NCBI GenBank assembly: GCA_002633005.1
Contig: NMRA01000502.1
Location: 257,481-321,480 of the forward strand
DNA length: 64,000 nucleotides
From: Phoronis australis
Taxonomy: Eukaryota > Animalia > Phoronida
Direction of reading: 5' to 3'
A program made the translations under genes and the position numbers. The notes beneath the pieces are model-generated. The model made no database searches. It saw nothing but the letters and a program-made list of their open reading frames with translations, and was not told the DNA's origin. Positions 12,801 to 25,877 of the stretch are shown piece by piece (the first letter of the stretch is position 1; each line of letters opens with the position of its first letter).

Positions 12801-14869
12801 CACGCAGGTCCACTTGTATGCATTTTGTAAAGATAGTTCCTAGCACTGTCAAAAACAACAAACAACATCCATAAAAATTGCTATCATACCAGCTTAAATG
12901 TGTGTAAGGTAAACGGATGAAGAGCAAGTGAATGGTCAAACGATTTTTTGTTTGTTTGGTGACACCGAAAGCTTCAACAGGCTGAATAGAGCCCTCTATT
13001 TTACATGTAGGTAGTACCCAGATTTTTATCAATTAAAGCCAGCGAACAAAACAACGTTTTTGTGTAACTTGCAATGGTGTTATCTTTAGTCTCTAAACCC
13101 GACCTCCATCACACAATAGCCTACTTTTGATTTAGATCACTTACCGAAATAGAATGGCTATCAACTCTTTCTTAATGACATTGGAGCTGAGTTAGGGCTT
13201 CGTATGAACTGAAAATTTGCTATTTGTTCAGACTAAGCTGATGAAAATTCTGGTCTCTCCGTGACTTGAAAATTTTTCAGAGCTTGGTCAGATGAAATGT
13301 TGAACTGCGTATCGTCTAGGGTCGGTATTATGATTTTATGGCACCAAGGATGGTCCCGGAGCCTGGTTTTGCCCTGTTTTGCTCAACTATTTCTCCAGAT
13401 GCCTGGGTATAGTGTTCGTCAGGATTTTAAATGCCAGCTTCTTCTTTTCTCTGCAGTGCCGCCGGAGTTTGAGCTTTAAATTTAATGCAGGCCTTTCTTT
13501 CTGCTAAACTCGCGTGGATTTTGAAAATGTTGACGCATTTTTATACAAACGACAATCTCAAGAAAATAAATTTCTCGTTGGCAGTAATTTATATTTTTTT
13601 TATCTCTTTCCTCAAATACTTGCGCGTATTCTGTTTCCAGATGATTAGATTTGATGCGAATGGTCTAGTCCCGCTATGGTGTCGACCGGAATACGCAAAC
13701 GGTAGGGTTCGTCAACCCAAGTAAAATCCACGATTATCTCACGACCTGTTGAGGGTTTTCGTTCTTTTTCGTAGTACAAAACGAGCCCTATGACGACATG
13801 GAAAATGTTTTGACCGATTTTATGAGTATAAAAGGCTTAATTCAAATGTCATTTTCAGCCTGTTGAACAGGACGAGGTGCACCTTTAAGGTTCTGTTTGG
13901 CCTTCGAAAAATAGCCAAATTTGGCAAACTTCGGAACATCATTTCTCAGAAACGGCTGATCGTATTCATAGGAAAATTTCATATGCCATGCTCTATGAAC
14001 TGCTTTCTGAAATACATATAGGATTTTTTCTAAAATTTTCAGTTTTGAATGAAGGACTGTCAAAATTAGGACTTTAATGGTTTCAATGAAAGCACGAAAT
14101 TTTTGCATAAAACGAAAACGAAGTAATTTAGAAGACTGTAACAACATTTTTTAGATTTCAGCTTGACCGTTTATATCGAACGAAATTCGGTCATGTTATT
14201 GATGGTCGTAGATTTTTTTGTTTAAAGTTGTTATGAATCCTCATGGCTGAGGTTATTTAAGTGCTAGTTTAATTATTTTCTGTGACGTACCACTGTCCAA
14301 GCAAAACAATTTATGTTACATAACCATTCCGGACATCCTTGCGTTTTGTTTGCTCACTGACCAATGCCTGCTCATAGCGAAACCCTATATGCTAGACAGT
14401 GGTACAGACTCCATTCGTTTTTATGATTTGGATGAAATCCCAGGGTCTTTCAATATTGTCGTTGTTTTGCACTCACAACCCACACATATTTCTATTCACT
14501 TTATATATTGTAGATAGAGTTAATAAACTTTGTGTGTCAGAAGTAAGTCAACGACTGTAAGTGTTTGTTTTTACGCTTTTCTCCATCAACTTGCTGCTGC
14601 TGCCTTATTTGCCAACTATCTATTTACCGTTCAACCAAGAACCGGGTAATCCAACTACATGTATACTACCACGAACTATTCCACAAAATACATGATAACG
14701 TGATTCAAATAATAGCAGATTGGTCAAAAATCAAATTCTACAGACTTTCTAAGTTCAGAAAACATACGTTTACAGAGTTAAAATCTAGAATTTGGTACAC
14801 GGACAAGTTAATAAGGTCCTAATAAACGTTAAACGCGGAACCACAATTGAAGCTGCACATGCAACATTT

Positions 14870-15879
14870 CTATATCATCTTGTAGTATGCAGAGCTGAAA
14901 TGGGTTGGATCGTGCGCTAAACGATGATTCTGATACGCATATGAAGTGTTGCTCATCTGAAAATTGTCAAGATAAGCAAACTTTAGAGACTTCATGACCT
15001 TGGCTTCAGCATTATGCTAAGCGATGATGTCATTCTTTGTTGCATTTTTATATTGAGGCGGAACTACTTTCATCCACAAAGGCTGTGTTGATGAAGAGAA
15101 GTTTGGCGCCTGTCTTTTAACATACCAGAAAACCAAAATAGATTTTCTCTGTAAGCGCTTAAATTAGAATATACTATGTAAGTCGTGAACACCACTGTTA
15201 AATACATTAGCTGTTTGAGGTCCTGTTCGCTTTAAATAATCGACAAGGTGCTCTTGTGTTGTGGCATACTCTTTGGATTGCGACATCCCTGGCGAATTCC
15301 ACTGATTTGTATTCTAAACTTAGATTTCCTGATTTTTTGCACATTCTCCATTGCGAATTACATTGTTCATCCACTGCAGCCGGTACAACGCGGGTGTTCT
15401 CTGCCATGTATAAGAGGCCCCTCTCTTCTGACGTTTGGTGGCTGCCATTTTAATGAGTTCTCAACCGTAAGATATTTGCCAAGTGAACACTGTCCACCAG
15501 AATTCAATACAAGATCACCACATTGAAACTTCACACGTAGGGCACCATGAGGTCTGACAGTGTTTGAATAACCCAGCAATACAATTCTTGACATGGGGTA
15601 ATTTATTAAAGGAGTCCTAGTTTTGGGTAAAACACAGCTGTGAGGTATCCTTAATATTTTGTTTCGCGTCATCCACTGCCCGCTTGACGTCGCTTCTTCT
15701 ACTGTCTTGCATGTATCCGTAACTGCCGATCGGTTGAAGTAAAACGAAGAATTGATCCGTAACATTAACGGCTTTAGTCTAAAGGTGCGATCGACTTTAT
15801 AAGAAAAGTAAGATATTGTCAACCATATAAGTAAGCTGCAAGACACAAAGATAGTTTTGGTTCTTTCCATGGCGGCCAT
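14870..15879 (-). pseudogene. Intronless type II membrane SGNH-fold PC-esterase/NXPE-like O-acyl esterase/transferase pseudogene
   Basis: N-terminal signal anchor, 'GQW...PHSC' and block I 'IVLLGYSN' (GDS-like). In shifted frames: 'EYKSVEFARDV', 'VFNSG..HDL', 'LLFINTA' and block V 'HDPTHF' (DxxH). Several frameshifts and in-frame stops. Confidence 0.7.
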
Positions 15880-15972
15880 TTGTTACTCCCATGGATTTCA
15901 CTGAGCAATCTGAAAAAGTGCAATTAAACCAAACTTACAGGGATCCAGTAGTAAGGTTTTGAATAGTCTCAA

Positions 15973-16880
15973 GTGGCCCAAACTGTCTACTTGACGCAAT
16001 CTTCACATGATCACATTTACTTTCAAGGTAATAAACAATGTCAACAACGTGTCTGTCAAAAAATATTTGATCTATATACTAGACAAGGCCATCGTAGTGA
16101 TTTGAGATCCTCCACCCCATATGCAATTCCTCAGTCGTTCAGTCGGGCATTCAGAAGTTCTACAGTCATGATGTGCATCAACAACTGGAATTCTCTTCCA
16201 GTCTCTGTTAAGGAAAGCAACTCTTTTACGAGTATAAAAAATAATTTTAGAACTGTTTTTCATAATTTTGATAACTCAACACCCTTGACTCAATTTTCCT
16301 TTACCCGTGATAACGAAATGGCATTGTACAGATCAAGATGACTCTGACAAGTTCAGGCACAACTTTAGTAATGTCTCTCCAAACTGTAAATGTGGTGACC
16401 ATCAATCTTATCCTCATATTTTCTTCAAATGTGCCCTCATCGAATCCCTGAGAGACTCACTCTTTCGTGCACTCAATGATAACCAATCAATTGTCAACGC
16501 TCTCAATTCTTGTAATAATATCCCTACTAGAGTTACATTATTACTGAATGGTAGTCCTAACCTTGACTTCGTTCTCAACGAATTCCTCCTAAGCAATGTT
16601 AGTAAATTTTTATGTACAGTTTATCAATATTGTTGCATCTGATTTCCCTACATGAATCTGTACATATTTTTGTTTTTATATCTCTGTAATTGCATATCTA
16701 AGTATTGGAATACTTATTTTAGATACTACTTAATTGTATATACCTCTATGTATATTAGTTTCACTTATGAATTGTTAACAACACAGATATAATGCTTCGC
16801 GGTTTCTGGGTTTGTTATTATTTCTTTGTATGTTCTGTGTATTCTTCAATAAATATATATCACTTAAAAAAAACAAAAAC
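15973..16880 (+). mobile_element. 5'-truncated LINE (CR1/L2-group-like) 3' end
   Basis: 'AFRSST...WNSLPVSVKESNSFTSIK' and 'SPNCKCGDHQSYPHIFFKC...LLLNGSPNL' are typical ORF2 C-terminal segments. AT-rich 3' UTR, AATAAA at about 16848 and an A-rich tail at 16866-16879. Confidence 0.75.
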
Positions 16881-19800
16881 ATCTTCACCGTTCCAAACAA
16901 GTGAATCAATGCCTCACGACACAATCTAATGAATTAACAAATAAAACTGACAATACTAAATTTTTAACTATAATCAAGACAGTTGCTTACCACTCATTGT
17001 TATCCTTGAATTCTTTTCGCGAAACAAAAAATCCAATGAAACTGAATATTAAAGGAGAAGGCAACCTTTTTGCGTGTCATTTTTAGTAAAAATACGGTTC
17101 GTTGATTATCCCAGACATACGTTTCAGTTAATTACGGCTTCCCCCAATTTTACTGATTAGGCGTGCCCTACTCCGGCGGTGACGTTTAGGGGGTTAGGAA
17201 TTTACCGTCATTTTATTTCTGCGTTCGAGTTTACTGTTCCACTGTCATTTTCGTACTGATTTCCAAAAACTTTTGTCATCACTTCCCATCGAGTATTCTA
17301 CGACAAGCTAGGTTGTTAGAAAACTCAATTACGATGGACTTATGGATTGCTTAGTTTGTAACAGCCTAGAAATACGGGAGTCCGCGACCCATATTAAGTC
17401 GGTGGGCCAGATCTCATAGCGTTCATCCTTGTGAGTACTTTCGGGGGGGGGCAACCTAGTTTTTTCTATGTCGCTAGCTAATGTACCTATAAATCAAATT
17501 CCAAAAAGTTCCCACGTCTACACTCGCACATTTTTTTAGAAAAAGGTGTTTTTGTTGCACAAAATGTTATGCACATTTCTGCCACTTGGTGGTGCTTTTC
17601 TATTGAATTGACCAATCAGAGAGCGAGATTGTATTGTTGTGCTTAGTTACTTCAATATGGCAGCTCCCATGGAGTGTGATGCCTGTATAATTCAAGGTTT
17701 ATCAAACAGTACAAAATTGTGATGCTAGAGCCTGAAGAAGCTTAGAGAAGCTTCCTGACGAAAGCTGATGGACTGTGGAATTCTGTAGATCAGTAGATCA
17801 AAAAGAAGAAGAGGTGTCACAACGTTTGTGCAGAAAACCACTGCATGTCTTGGTATAGCCTATACGGTATACTGTTGTAGAAGACCAAGTGTCAGACCAA
17901 AAATTGAAAGGACATAGAAAGGCATAGCAACGTTTCAAGACACCAGCAGTAGTACTAAAGCTGAAGTTTCTAAAAGTGATACAGATGTTACCCAAAATTT
18001 CCTAAGAAAATCAATCTGAAACACCCAATTAACCTGAAACATGAGTGCATCGTTTGGTAGCAGGAAAAGTATATTATAGATCACAGTTCAAGAAAGAGAA
18101 AGAAGTAACTACTTCATAGCTTTGAAAAACAGGTACGTGTTTTTGAAAGGTACATCTTGGTGTTTTCCAAGAGCGTTTCAGTATTATAACCAGTTGTTTT
18201 TTTAAAACTTGTTCAGCCCCTTGGCTGCCTAGGCCTTAGACAATACCGCTGACCCAGTAGAGACGGTGATCATACCATAGGTACTCCATATGCCGAATGC
18301 TTTTCGGCAAATTATGCATCTCACTGGTTAAAACGTAAGTCATGTTCCTATAAGTAAAATAGAAGTACGGGGTAGAGAGATGCCTCTGAGGAGGCCGTTA
18401 ATGTTTTTACTTGTTCCCAGTTTAAACAATTACTCCTACAATTCTGTTTTTCGAACACTCCCTTGTTCAGTTGCCACATCGACACTGCTTGCGCTAAGGG
18501 ATAAACATATGGCGTTATACAGTGGGTGTGATTTTAAGCACTTTAAGTCAAAAATTTTTGAGAAGGTTAAATAGAGTAGATGGTTGCAACCAACATGCCT
18601 AAGTGGCCGTCATCCTGGCCCTGCCGTAGTCCTGGGATAGGGGGAACCTCTTCTCAATTTTTTTTGTAAACATTAATAACTTAGGTAGCTGCAATGGTAA
18701 TTAAATTAAAGTGCTTAAGTGGCCAGCGTCCCCGTCGTAATTTGAGGACGGTGGAAGCCACTGTCCATTTCGTCAAACCTTGATTACCTTAAGTGTAAAT
18801 CGATTGACTATGGTATGAGCATCTGATTTAAAATATTAAATTCCAATCACTGCACTGGTATATCAGCTGATTTATTTCCAGTTGCATCAACTAATCTATA
18901 TATTAGGCGATCAACATTTTTAGGCGACAAATTAGACGGCATGTAAATTTGTTAGGCTGGTGGTGGATCAGTTCCTGATAAGTCCGTCTGAAAACTTTGC
19001 AGGCCAACTCAGTCATAGTTAAATGTTAAATTAGTGTTAACAGTTCGGGTTTTTTTCAATTGGACTTGTACAGCAAGCAACAGCTCAGTCCAGAGCCCTG
19101 AATATGCAAATGAAATTCAAAGATTAAGACTTTGTTTCTTAGAAGCCAAGTACCACAGATCATCATTCTATAAAAAATAGAAAGACAAAGATTGTGAAGA
19201 GTGACGAGTCCACAGTTTTCAAGGTCTTTTTATACAGTTTTGTTTGGAGTTCATTGAATCAAAGCTTCTAACACATGGAGATGTCATTTGCCTTTCAAAA
19301 CTAAACCAAGACTTAGAAGCTGTCCTTCGGAAAGCTGGTGTGCATGAAGTTATTTGGACAGGCAGTCTCAGCTTAAGAAACACTGTTGAAGCTACTCACT
19401 GTTGTAGTTTGTGCCCGACTAAGAGATACGAAAGTGAATTGAGGCTAGTGTTCAATAATTCACTTGCTAACTCTAATTAACACAGCCCATTATAACATTT
19501 TTTGAAACAAACGTTTGCCCAAATCCTGAAGGACTTAATGTTTGACCCTTCGTTGCCTGCGGGCCAATCGCCAGTGTACAGTGCTGTTTCCTCTCTAATC
19601 GACCATAGTTGGCTCCTTGGCGGTGGAGCTTTGCAGTTAAAATGTATGGCAATGCCCCCAGCTCCATTGACAGTACAAAACGATGAATGCTGCAAGTGTA
19701 AAAAGAACATGTGTGCTGGGAAACTGAGTTTGTGTGGCAATGCTGAGTCAAACTGTGCAGAAATGTGCAGCTCTGACAACTGTAGTAACATCAGCAACAC

Positions 19801-20074
19801 TGACTGCATAACATTGGATATTTCTTTGACAAGTCAACCCTAAATAGACCTCCAGCCCCATTTTTCGTGTTTTTTGTATTAAAAAGTGAATTTTATTTGT
19901 TGATTAAGTCATAGAAACTACGTACTTTGATCATTGTCATGTATTTGTCTCATACTGCTTGATAAACGCTGTCAGAATAATCTATTATGCCACAATATTA
20001 GCGTCAAATGGCAGATACAACCGTGTAATAACCCATAAAGTTATCTCACTAGTGAGATAACGATTTGGCGGGAA

Positions 20075-20140
20075 ACCGAGGACGGAGTCGAACCCGGGAC
20101 CCTGAAATTGATGGTCGCCGACTTTATACTATGCAGCGAC
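20075..20140 (-). repeat. tRNA-derived (SINE-head-like) segment; duplicate at about 21977-22042
   Basis: Minus strand carries B box 'ggttcgactcc' within a T-arm-like stem; the A box is degenerate. Confidence 0.5.
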
Positions 20141-22581
20141 TGACGTCATCAAGAGTGAAAATAGAATACTTAAATGAGCACGCGCAATAATCGCATGTTC
20201 AACAAACGGCATTGTACTGTACTTATACGTTACGAAAAATAAGACACAAAATTTCCATAAAAATGACATCTTAATTCACTGAAAATTTTCTCTCATGTCC
20301 TCTTACTTGTAAATCACCGATCTCCAGTTTGAATGCGGGTATCGTGTCGTTAGGATCTTTGACTTGAGAATTATATTCAGTTACCAGTGGTAACCTACTT
20401 TAGCAGACGATAATTTTCCGGTCGAAGCTAAGCGTGAAAAAAACGTGTTTTAAGCTATAATAGTTGGTAAACCTCACTTTATAATTTCAATTTATTTCTA
20501 TTACATTTAAGTTTTCAATTGGTTTTGAGTAAAAGCATCATTTGACAAAAATAGCCCGGCTTTTCTTGAAAGGTCACGACCTCCGACCCCGGCCCTCTGA
20601 CATAGAAAGTAGTTACAAAGCCGTGGAGAGTCAGAAAAGGTAAATCGATTCATTGCAATGTTTCTCGTTTAGTATGTGGTATAAATAGATTATTACATGT
20701 TCTCAGCCGTTATCCCCCTCGTGGATTTTGGTGATAATTCTCCAAAATCCACTCGGGCTCTAGATAACGGGGGATAACGACTTCGCCATGTAATATTCTA
20801 TGTTTATTTTCATACAGTCTGTGTGTACATTCACAGAGATCATTCAAATATATTGTTTTTGTACTATAACGTACATGTATTTCTGGTGTATTATGCAACC
20901 AAGCTATATTTTACACCATTAGTCAATGGTTCAGTCATTGAGGCACAAATTTTGCCCAGTATCAAGTGTTATTTCTGTTGCCAGACAATGCCAGAATAAC
21001 CTCATTACAGCATAGATATTAGTAAAAGAGATTCGCGACTCCGTGAAGTCTCGCGGCCTAACGCAAAAGTACGTGAGCAGGATTAAAAACTTCCGGTCTC
21101 ATGGCTAAGCATAGTAACTAAGGTGAACTTTGGTTTTTATTTCACGCACGTCAAGCAAATTTTTGAGTTTGAAATTAATTTGTTGTGTTTAATGCAAACT
21201 AAATCGCGTATGCGAGCCATTCAAGTCGGATTATTGGTACGAAACGTGTCGGAATTAACTTGACAAGTTGTTGATCGGCCCGCTTGCTGGCACAGTTCAA
21301 CACACGAATCGAGGAGTTTGGCCCAAAGAAAAGGTTGAGCTAAATGGATAATTCTTTTCACCAGTTGAATTCTCAGTCATTTACGATGAAATTTAGTTTG
21401 CATTTTGTGATTTTGTATGAATTTTGGCTCGACCTAAATGTAGTTTCTCATTCGTCACTACGTCTACAATACATAAGCCATGGTTTACCAACATATCCAA
21501 AATTCAGCAAGAGTGAAATTTTGCCATTTTCATGATTTTCAGAAGCTCATATATATTAGCATGAAAAGTGGTGGAAAATGAAAAGTATGCTACCGAAATA
21601 TTTTCTTCTTTATATTGATAGCCGTTTCAACAAATGGGGGCATTCATGAATATTTTTAAAAATCGAACTACTGCAGCANAACTGTAGTAACATCAGCAAC
21701 ACTGACTGCATAACATTGGATATTTCTTTGACAAGTCAACCCTAAATAGAGCTCCAGCCCCATTTTTCCTGTTTTTTGTATTAAAAAGTGAATTTTATTT
21801 GTTGATTAAGTCATAGAAACTACGTACTTTGATCATTGTCATGTATTTGTCTCATACTGCATGATAAACGCTGTCAGAATAATCTATTATACCACAATAT
21901 TAGCGTCAAATGGCAGATACAACCGTGTAATAACCCATAAAGTTATCTCACTAGTGAGATAACGATTTGGCGGGAAACCGAGGATGGAGTCGAACCCGAG
22001 ACCCTGAAATTGATGGTCGCCGACTTTACACCATGCAGCGACTGACGTCATCAAGAGTGAAAATAGAATACTTAAATGAGCACGCGCAATAATCGCATGT
22101 TCAACAAACCGCATTGTACTGTACTTATACGTTACGAAAAATAAGACAAAATTTCCATAAGAATGATATCTTAATTCACTGAAATTTTTCTCTCATGTCC
22201 TCTTACTTGTAAATCACCGATCTCCAGTTTGAATGCAGGTATCGTGTCGTTAGGATCTTTGACTTGAGAATTATATTCAGTTACCAGTAGTAACCTACTT
22301 TAGCAGACGATAATTTCCCGGTCGAAGCTTAGCGTGAAAAAAACGTGTTTTAAGCTAATAATAGTTGGTAAACCTTACTTTATAATTTCAATTTATTTCT
22401 ATTACATTTAAGTTTTCAATTGGTTTTGGGTAAAAGCATTATTTGACAAAAATAGCCCGGCTTTTCTTAAAAGGTCACGACCTCCGACCTCGGCCCTCTG
22501 ACATAGAAAGTAGTTACAAAGCCGTGGACAGTCAGAAAAGGTAAATCGATTCATTGCAATGTTTCTCGTTTAGTATGTGGT

Positions 22582-22721
22582 ATAAATAGATTATGACATG
22601 TTCTCAGCCGTTATCCCGCTTATCTAGAGCCCTCGTGGATTTTGGCGATAATTCTCCAAAATCCACTCGGGCTCTAGATAACGGGGGATAACGACTTCGC
22701 CATGTAATATTCTATATTTAT
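22582..22721. mobile_element. Palindromic (hairpin) MITE; second copy at about 20680-20808 lacks about 13 bp
   Basis: Arms cgttatccc..ttatctagagccc..gtggattttgg / ccaaaatccac..gggctctagataa..gggataacg around a short loop. Confidence 0.75.
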
Positions 22722-24134
22722 TTTCATACAGTCTGTGTGCACATTCACAGAGATCATTCAAATATATTGTTTTTGTACTATAGCGTACATGTATTTCTGG
22801 TGTATTATGCAAACAAGCTATATTTTACAACATTAGTCAAACTCAAATTTCTCAAAAATGTGCAACTTTATATCTGGGAACTTTTTAGATTTTGAAAACA
22901 CTCTAGTAATTGAATTAAAAAACTTCAAAATAAAATTGCCCCCCTAAAGTACTCACAAAAACCATTTTCTAGAAGCCCTACAAATTCTGGCCCACTGCCT
23001 ATATCACAGGCACAGTGACGGAGACATTGTTCTTAGCAGTCATGAGGAATTTTTTCGAGAACAGTGAGTGGGTGGATTTATGTTTGAGCCCTAGTTAGGC
23101 CTATATTCAGGCAGAATAGGAACAGACAGCTATGGAAGGGATGAGGCAGAGACTGAGAACAGACTGTGATGCGACTTATTGGTACAAATGCACGGTATGA
23201 ACTGTTATGCCAAACTCAGTGGAATACATACTGTTTGCTGTTCCCTCTGGAAGGTGGTCTGAGCACCCAAAACCGCTTACATACCGCCGTGTGACTCCCT
23301 TGCCAAACACATGGCATCTTCAAAATACCTCCAATACTGAAGTCAAGTCCACAATAATAAACTTATCAAAGTTTTTCTCACCGGCCTGCTCACTCTAAGA
23401 CAAACTGTCCTAGTCCTCACTGGGTGTCGAACTGGGCCTGTATCCACTACTCAACATTGCTGCAGGGCTGCTTACAGGCTCAGGACTGGAGACAACAGCG
23501 GCATAGGGAGAATCACAACTGGTTCCCGAAATTGCAGGACCCATCATTGTCTTACTGGAAACTCAATTATGGTTTGGAAACTGGCAGTTACGGAACGTTA
23601 GATACCCTGACGCCGAGCTTCAAACTTTTCTCCGATCTTCATGACTCAAAGCGGCCGAAATAACAAAGATGAAAATTAAACCTGTGAATGAAAATTTCCG
23701 TCCGAAAAAATCAGGTCGGCGAACTCGCCTTATTGAACAACACTGCCTCAAATAATCGACCCTGTTCGCTTATAAACAACGCGTTTGTAAATAGAATTGA
23801 AACGATGAAAAGTTTAGTACATATAAATTTATTTTAAGTGTTTATAATTATTTCGTCTTTTCATTGCATTCTGTGTCGTAACTCAAGAATTCCCGAAAAT
23901 TGAATAGGCTTGACATGCACATGGGCATTTATGATCATCAAGCTAACGTTTCGCTCCATGCCTAATTGGACAAACGCCAATAAACTTGCATCTGGTTGTT
24001 TCCCCGAGTCATACTTTCGGTAGGCGCTATATGTGTACAAGTACCTCTACCAGACACTCAGTTGATCAATACAGTACAGCTAACGGAGGAGAAAGGCAGT
24101 TTTAAAAGGGTAGATTCGCACAGGCTGCTATTCT

Positions 24135-25783
24135 CGGAAAGTAATTTGGTACACATATATCACCAAGTACCTACTGACAAACTGGCCAATGCTAGGTTAA
24201 TTTTCATATTTCATTTCATTACGGTCTCCATTCAGTATTTAAAATGTTTTTGTGTTTTATTATGAAAAGAAAAACGCAGTGGTTCAGGCAGAAAATGGTG
24301 TATTAAAAGCTTGTGGCGTGATAGCCAGGGCTTGCAGTGTCCAATGACAAAAAAACAGGAAAATTTCCCAGGTGATGCCTCGTTCCACAAATAAATATTC
24401 TGGTGTGATACAAATATTTTTGTGTTGTAAAATTAAACTAATCAGTGAGGGAGAAGCTTGGGGTGGGTTCAAGTTGTTTGTGAATCAAGTCAAGACTTAA
24501 CAATAGAGGCTGGTGACTCCTAAGCTGATTTTGGCGATAGTCTTTACACAGCTGTCTGACCGGTTACGTCATAACCCGGAGTATCACACAGGCAAAGGCC
24601 TTAACTACTCAGTCCCCGGCGGTGTCGCGTGAAATTTCTTCCCCGTGAAATTTCTTCCCACTCTGACCCTTTTGCGCATGCGCGGTAATGAGGGGAAGTT
24701 ATTTCACGTCTAAGGCATGAAATTTCTTCCCCCGTGAAATTTCTTCCCAAACGAAGACGGCAAAGCACAGCTGTAAAATAAGCCTAAAAATAGAAATTCA
24801 CTACGTGTGTGATAATGTAACGATTTTAGTCAATTGCCATTGTTATGTTAGACATTGGTAAATGAATTGTAATTAGATTTACTTCAATTCAGTCGCCGGT
24901 CAGTAGGCTTGCGCACTTATGGCCTATACTTTGCGGATTGTGATCATGCTTTTGTTTGTTTTNCGGAAAGTAATTTGGTACACATTAATATCACCACGTA
25001 CATGTACCAACTGACAAACTGGCCAATGCTAGGTTAATTTTCATATTTCATTTCATTACGGCCTCCATTCAGTATTTAAAATGTTTGTGTGTTTTATTAT
25101 GAATGGAAAAAACGCAGTGCTTCAGGGAGAAAAATGGTGTATTAAAAGCTTGTGGCGTGATAGCCAGGGCTTGCAATGACCAATGACAAAAAACAGGAAA
25201 ATTTCCCAGGTGATGCCTCGTTCCACAAATAAATATTCCGGTGTGATAGAAATATTTTTGTGTTGTAAAATTAAACTAATCAGTGAGGGAGAAGCTTGGG
25301 GTGGGTTCAAGTTGTTTGTGAATCAAGTCAAGACTTAACAATAGAGGCTCGTGACTCCTAAGCTGATTTTGGCGATAGTCTATACACAGCTGTCTGACCG
25401 GTTACGTCATAACCCGGAGTTTAACTAGTCAGTCCCCGGCTTTGTCGCGTGAAATTTCTTCCCCGTGAAATTTCTTCCCACTCTGACCCTTTTGCGCATG
25501 CGCGGTAATGAGGGGAAGTTATTTCACGTCTAAGGCATGAAATTTCTTCCCCCGTGAAATTTCTTCCCAAACGAAGACGGCAAAGCACAGCTGTAAAATA
25601 AGCCTAAAAAATAGAAATTCACTACGTGTGCGATAATGTAACGATTTTAGTCAATTGCCATTGTTATGTTAGACATTGGTAAATGAATTGTAATTAGATT
25701 TACTTCAATTCAGTCGCCGGTCAGTAGGCTTGCGCACGTATGGCCTATACTTTGCGGATTGTGATCATGCTTTTGTTTGTTTT
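24135..25783 (+). repeat. Tandem near-identical duplication (24135-24962 vs 24964-25783) joined at a single N (24963)
   Basis: Direct match; paired ORFs 24284 and 25122. Confidence 0.9.
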
Positions 25784-25842
25784 ATTGTAGTCTATAAACT
25801 GTATTATAAGCTAATATTACTTATGTTACTAAACCTGTCACC

Positions 25843-25877
25843 CTCTGTCTCGCTCTCTCTGTCTCTTTCTCTCTACT
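25843..25877 (+). repeat. Imperfect (CT)n microsatellite
   Basis: ctctgtctcgctctctctgtctctttctctcta. Confidence 0.7.

Larger units (their letters stand above)
19778..22840 (+). repeat. Tandem near-identical duplication (19778-20926 vs 21680-22840) joined at a single N (21679)
   Basis: Direct match with SNPs and small indels; paired ORFs 20710 and 22624. Confidence 0.9.
17395..23001 (+). mobile_element. Internally deleted Academ-like DNA transposon
   Basis: TIRs taagtcggtgggccaga / tctggcccactgccta, subterminal gtgagtacttt..gggggggcaa / ttgcccccctaaagtactcac, and a 3-bp TSD TAT (17392-94 and 23002-04). Transposase remnants 'LEAKYHRS' at about 19139 and a Cys-rich C-terminus 'HSW...PPAP...CCKCKKNMC...CAEMC..DNCSN' at 19600-19800. 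Confidence 0.8.
17053..23400 (-). mobile_element. Kolobok-like element (same family as 7102-8307, reverse orientation), interrupted by an Academ insertion
   Basis: TTAA|aggagaaggcaacc at 17049. 17053-17390 is the reverse complement of about 8060-8307, and 23005-23170 continues the homology to about 7890-8040. 'CSDH' (THAP-like end) near 23250-23265. The far boundary is approximate. Confidence 0.7.
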
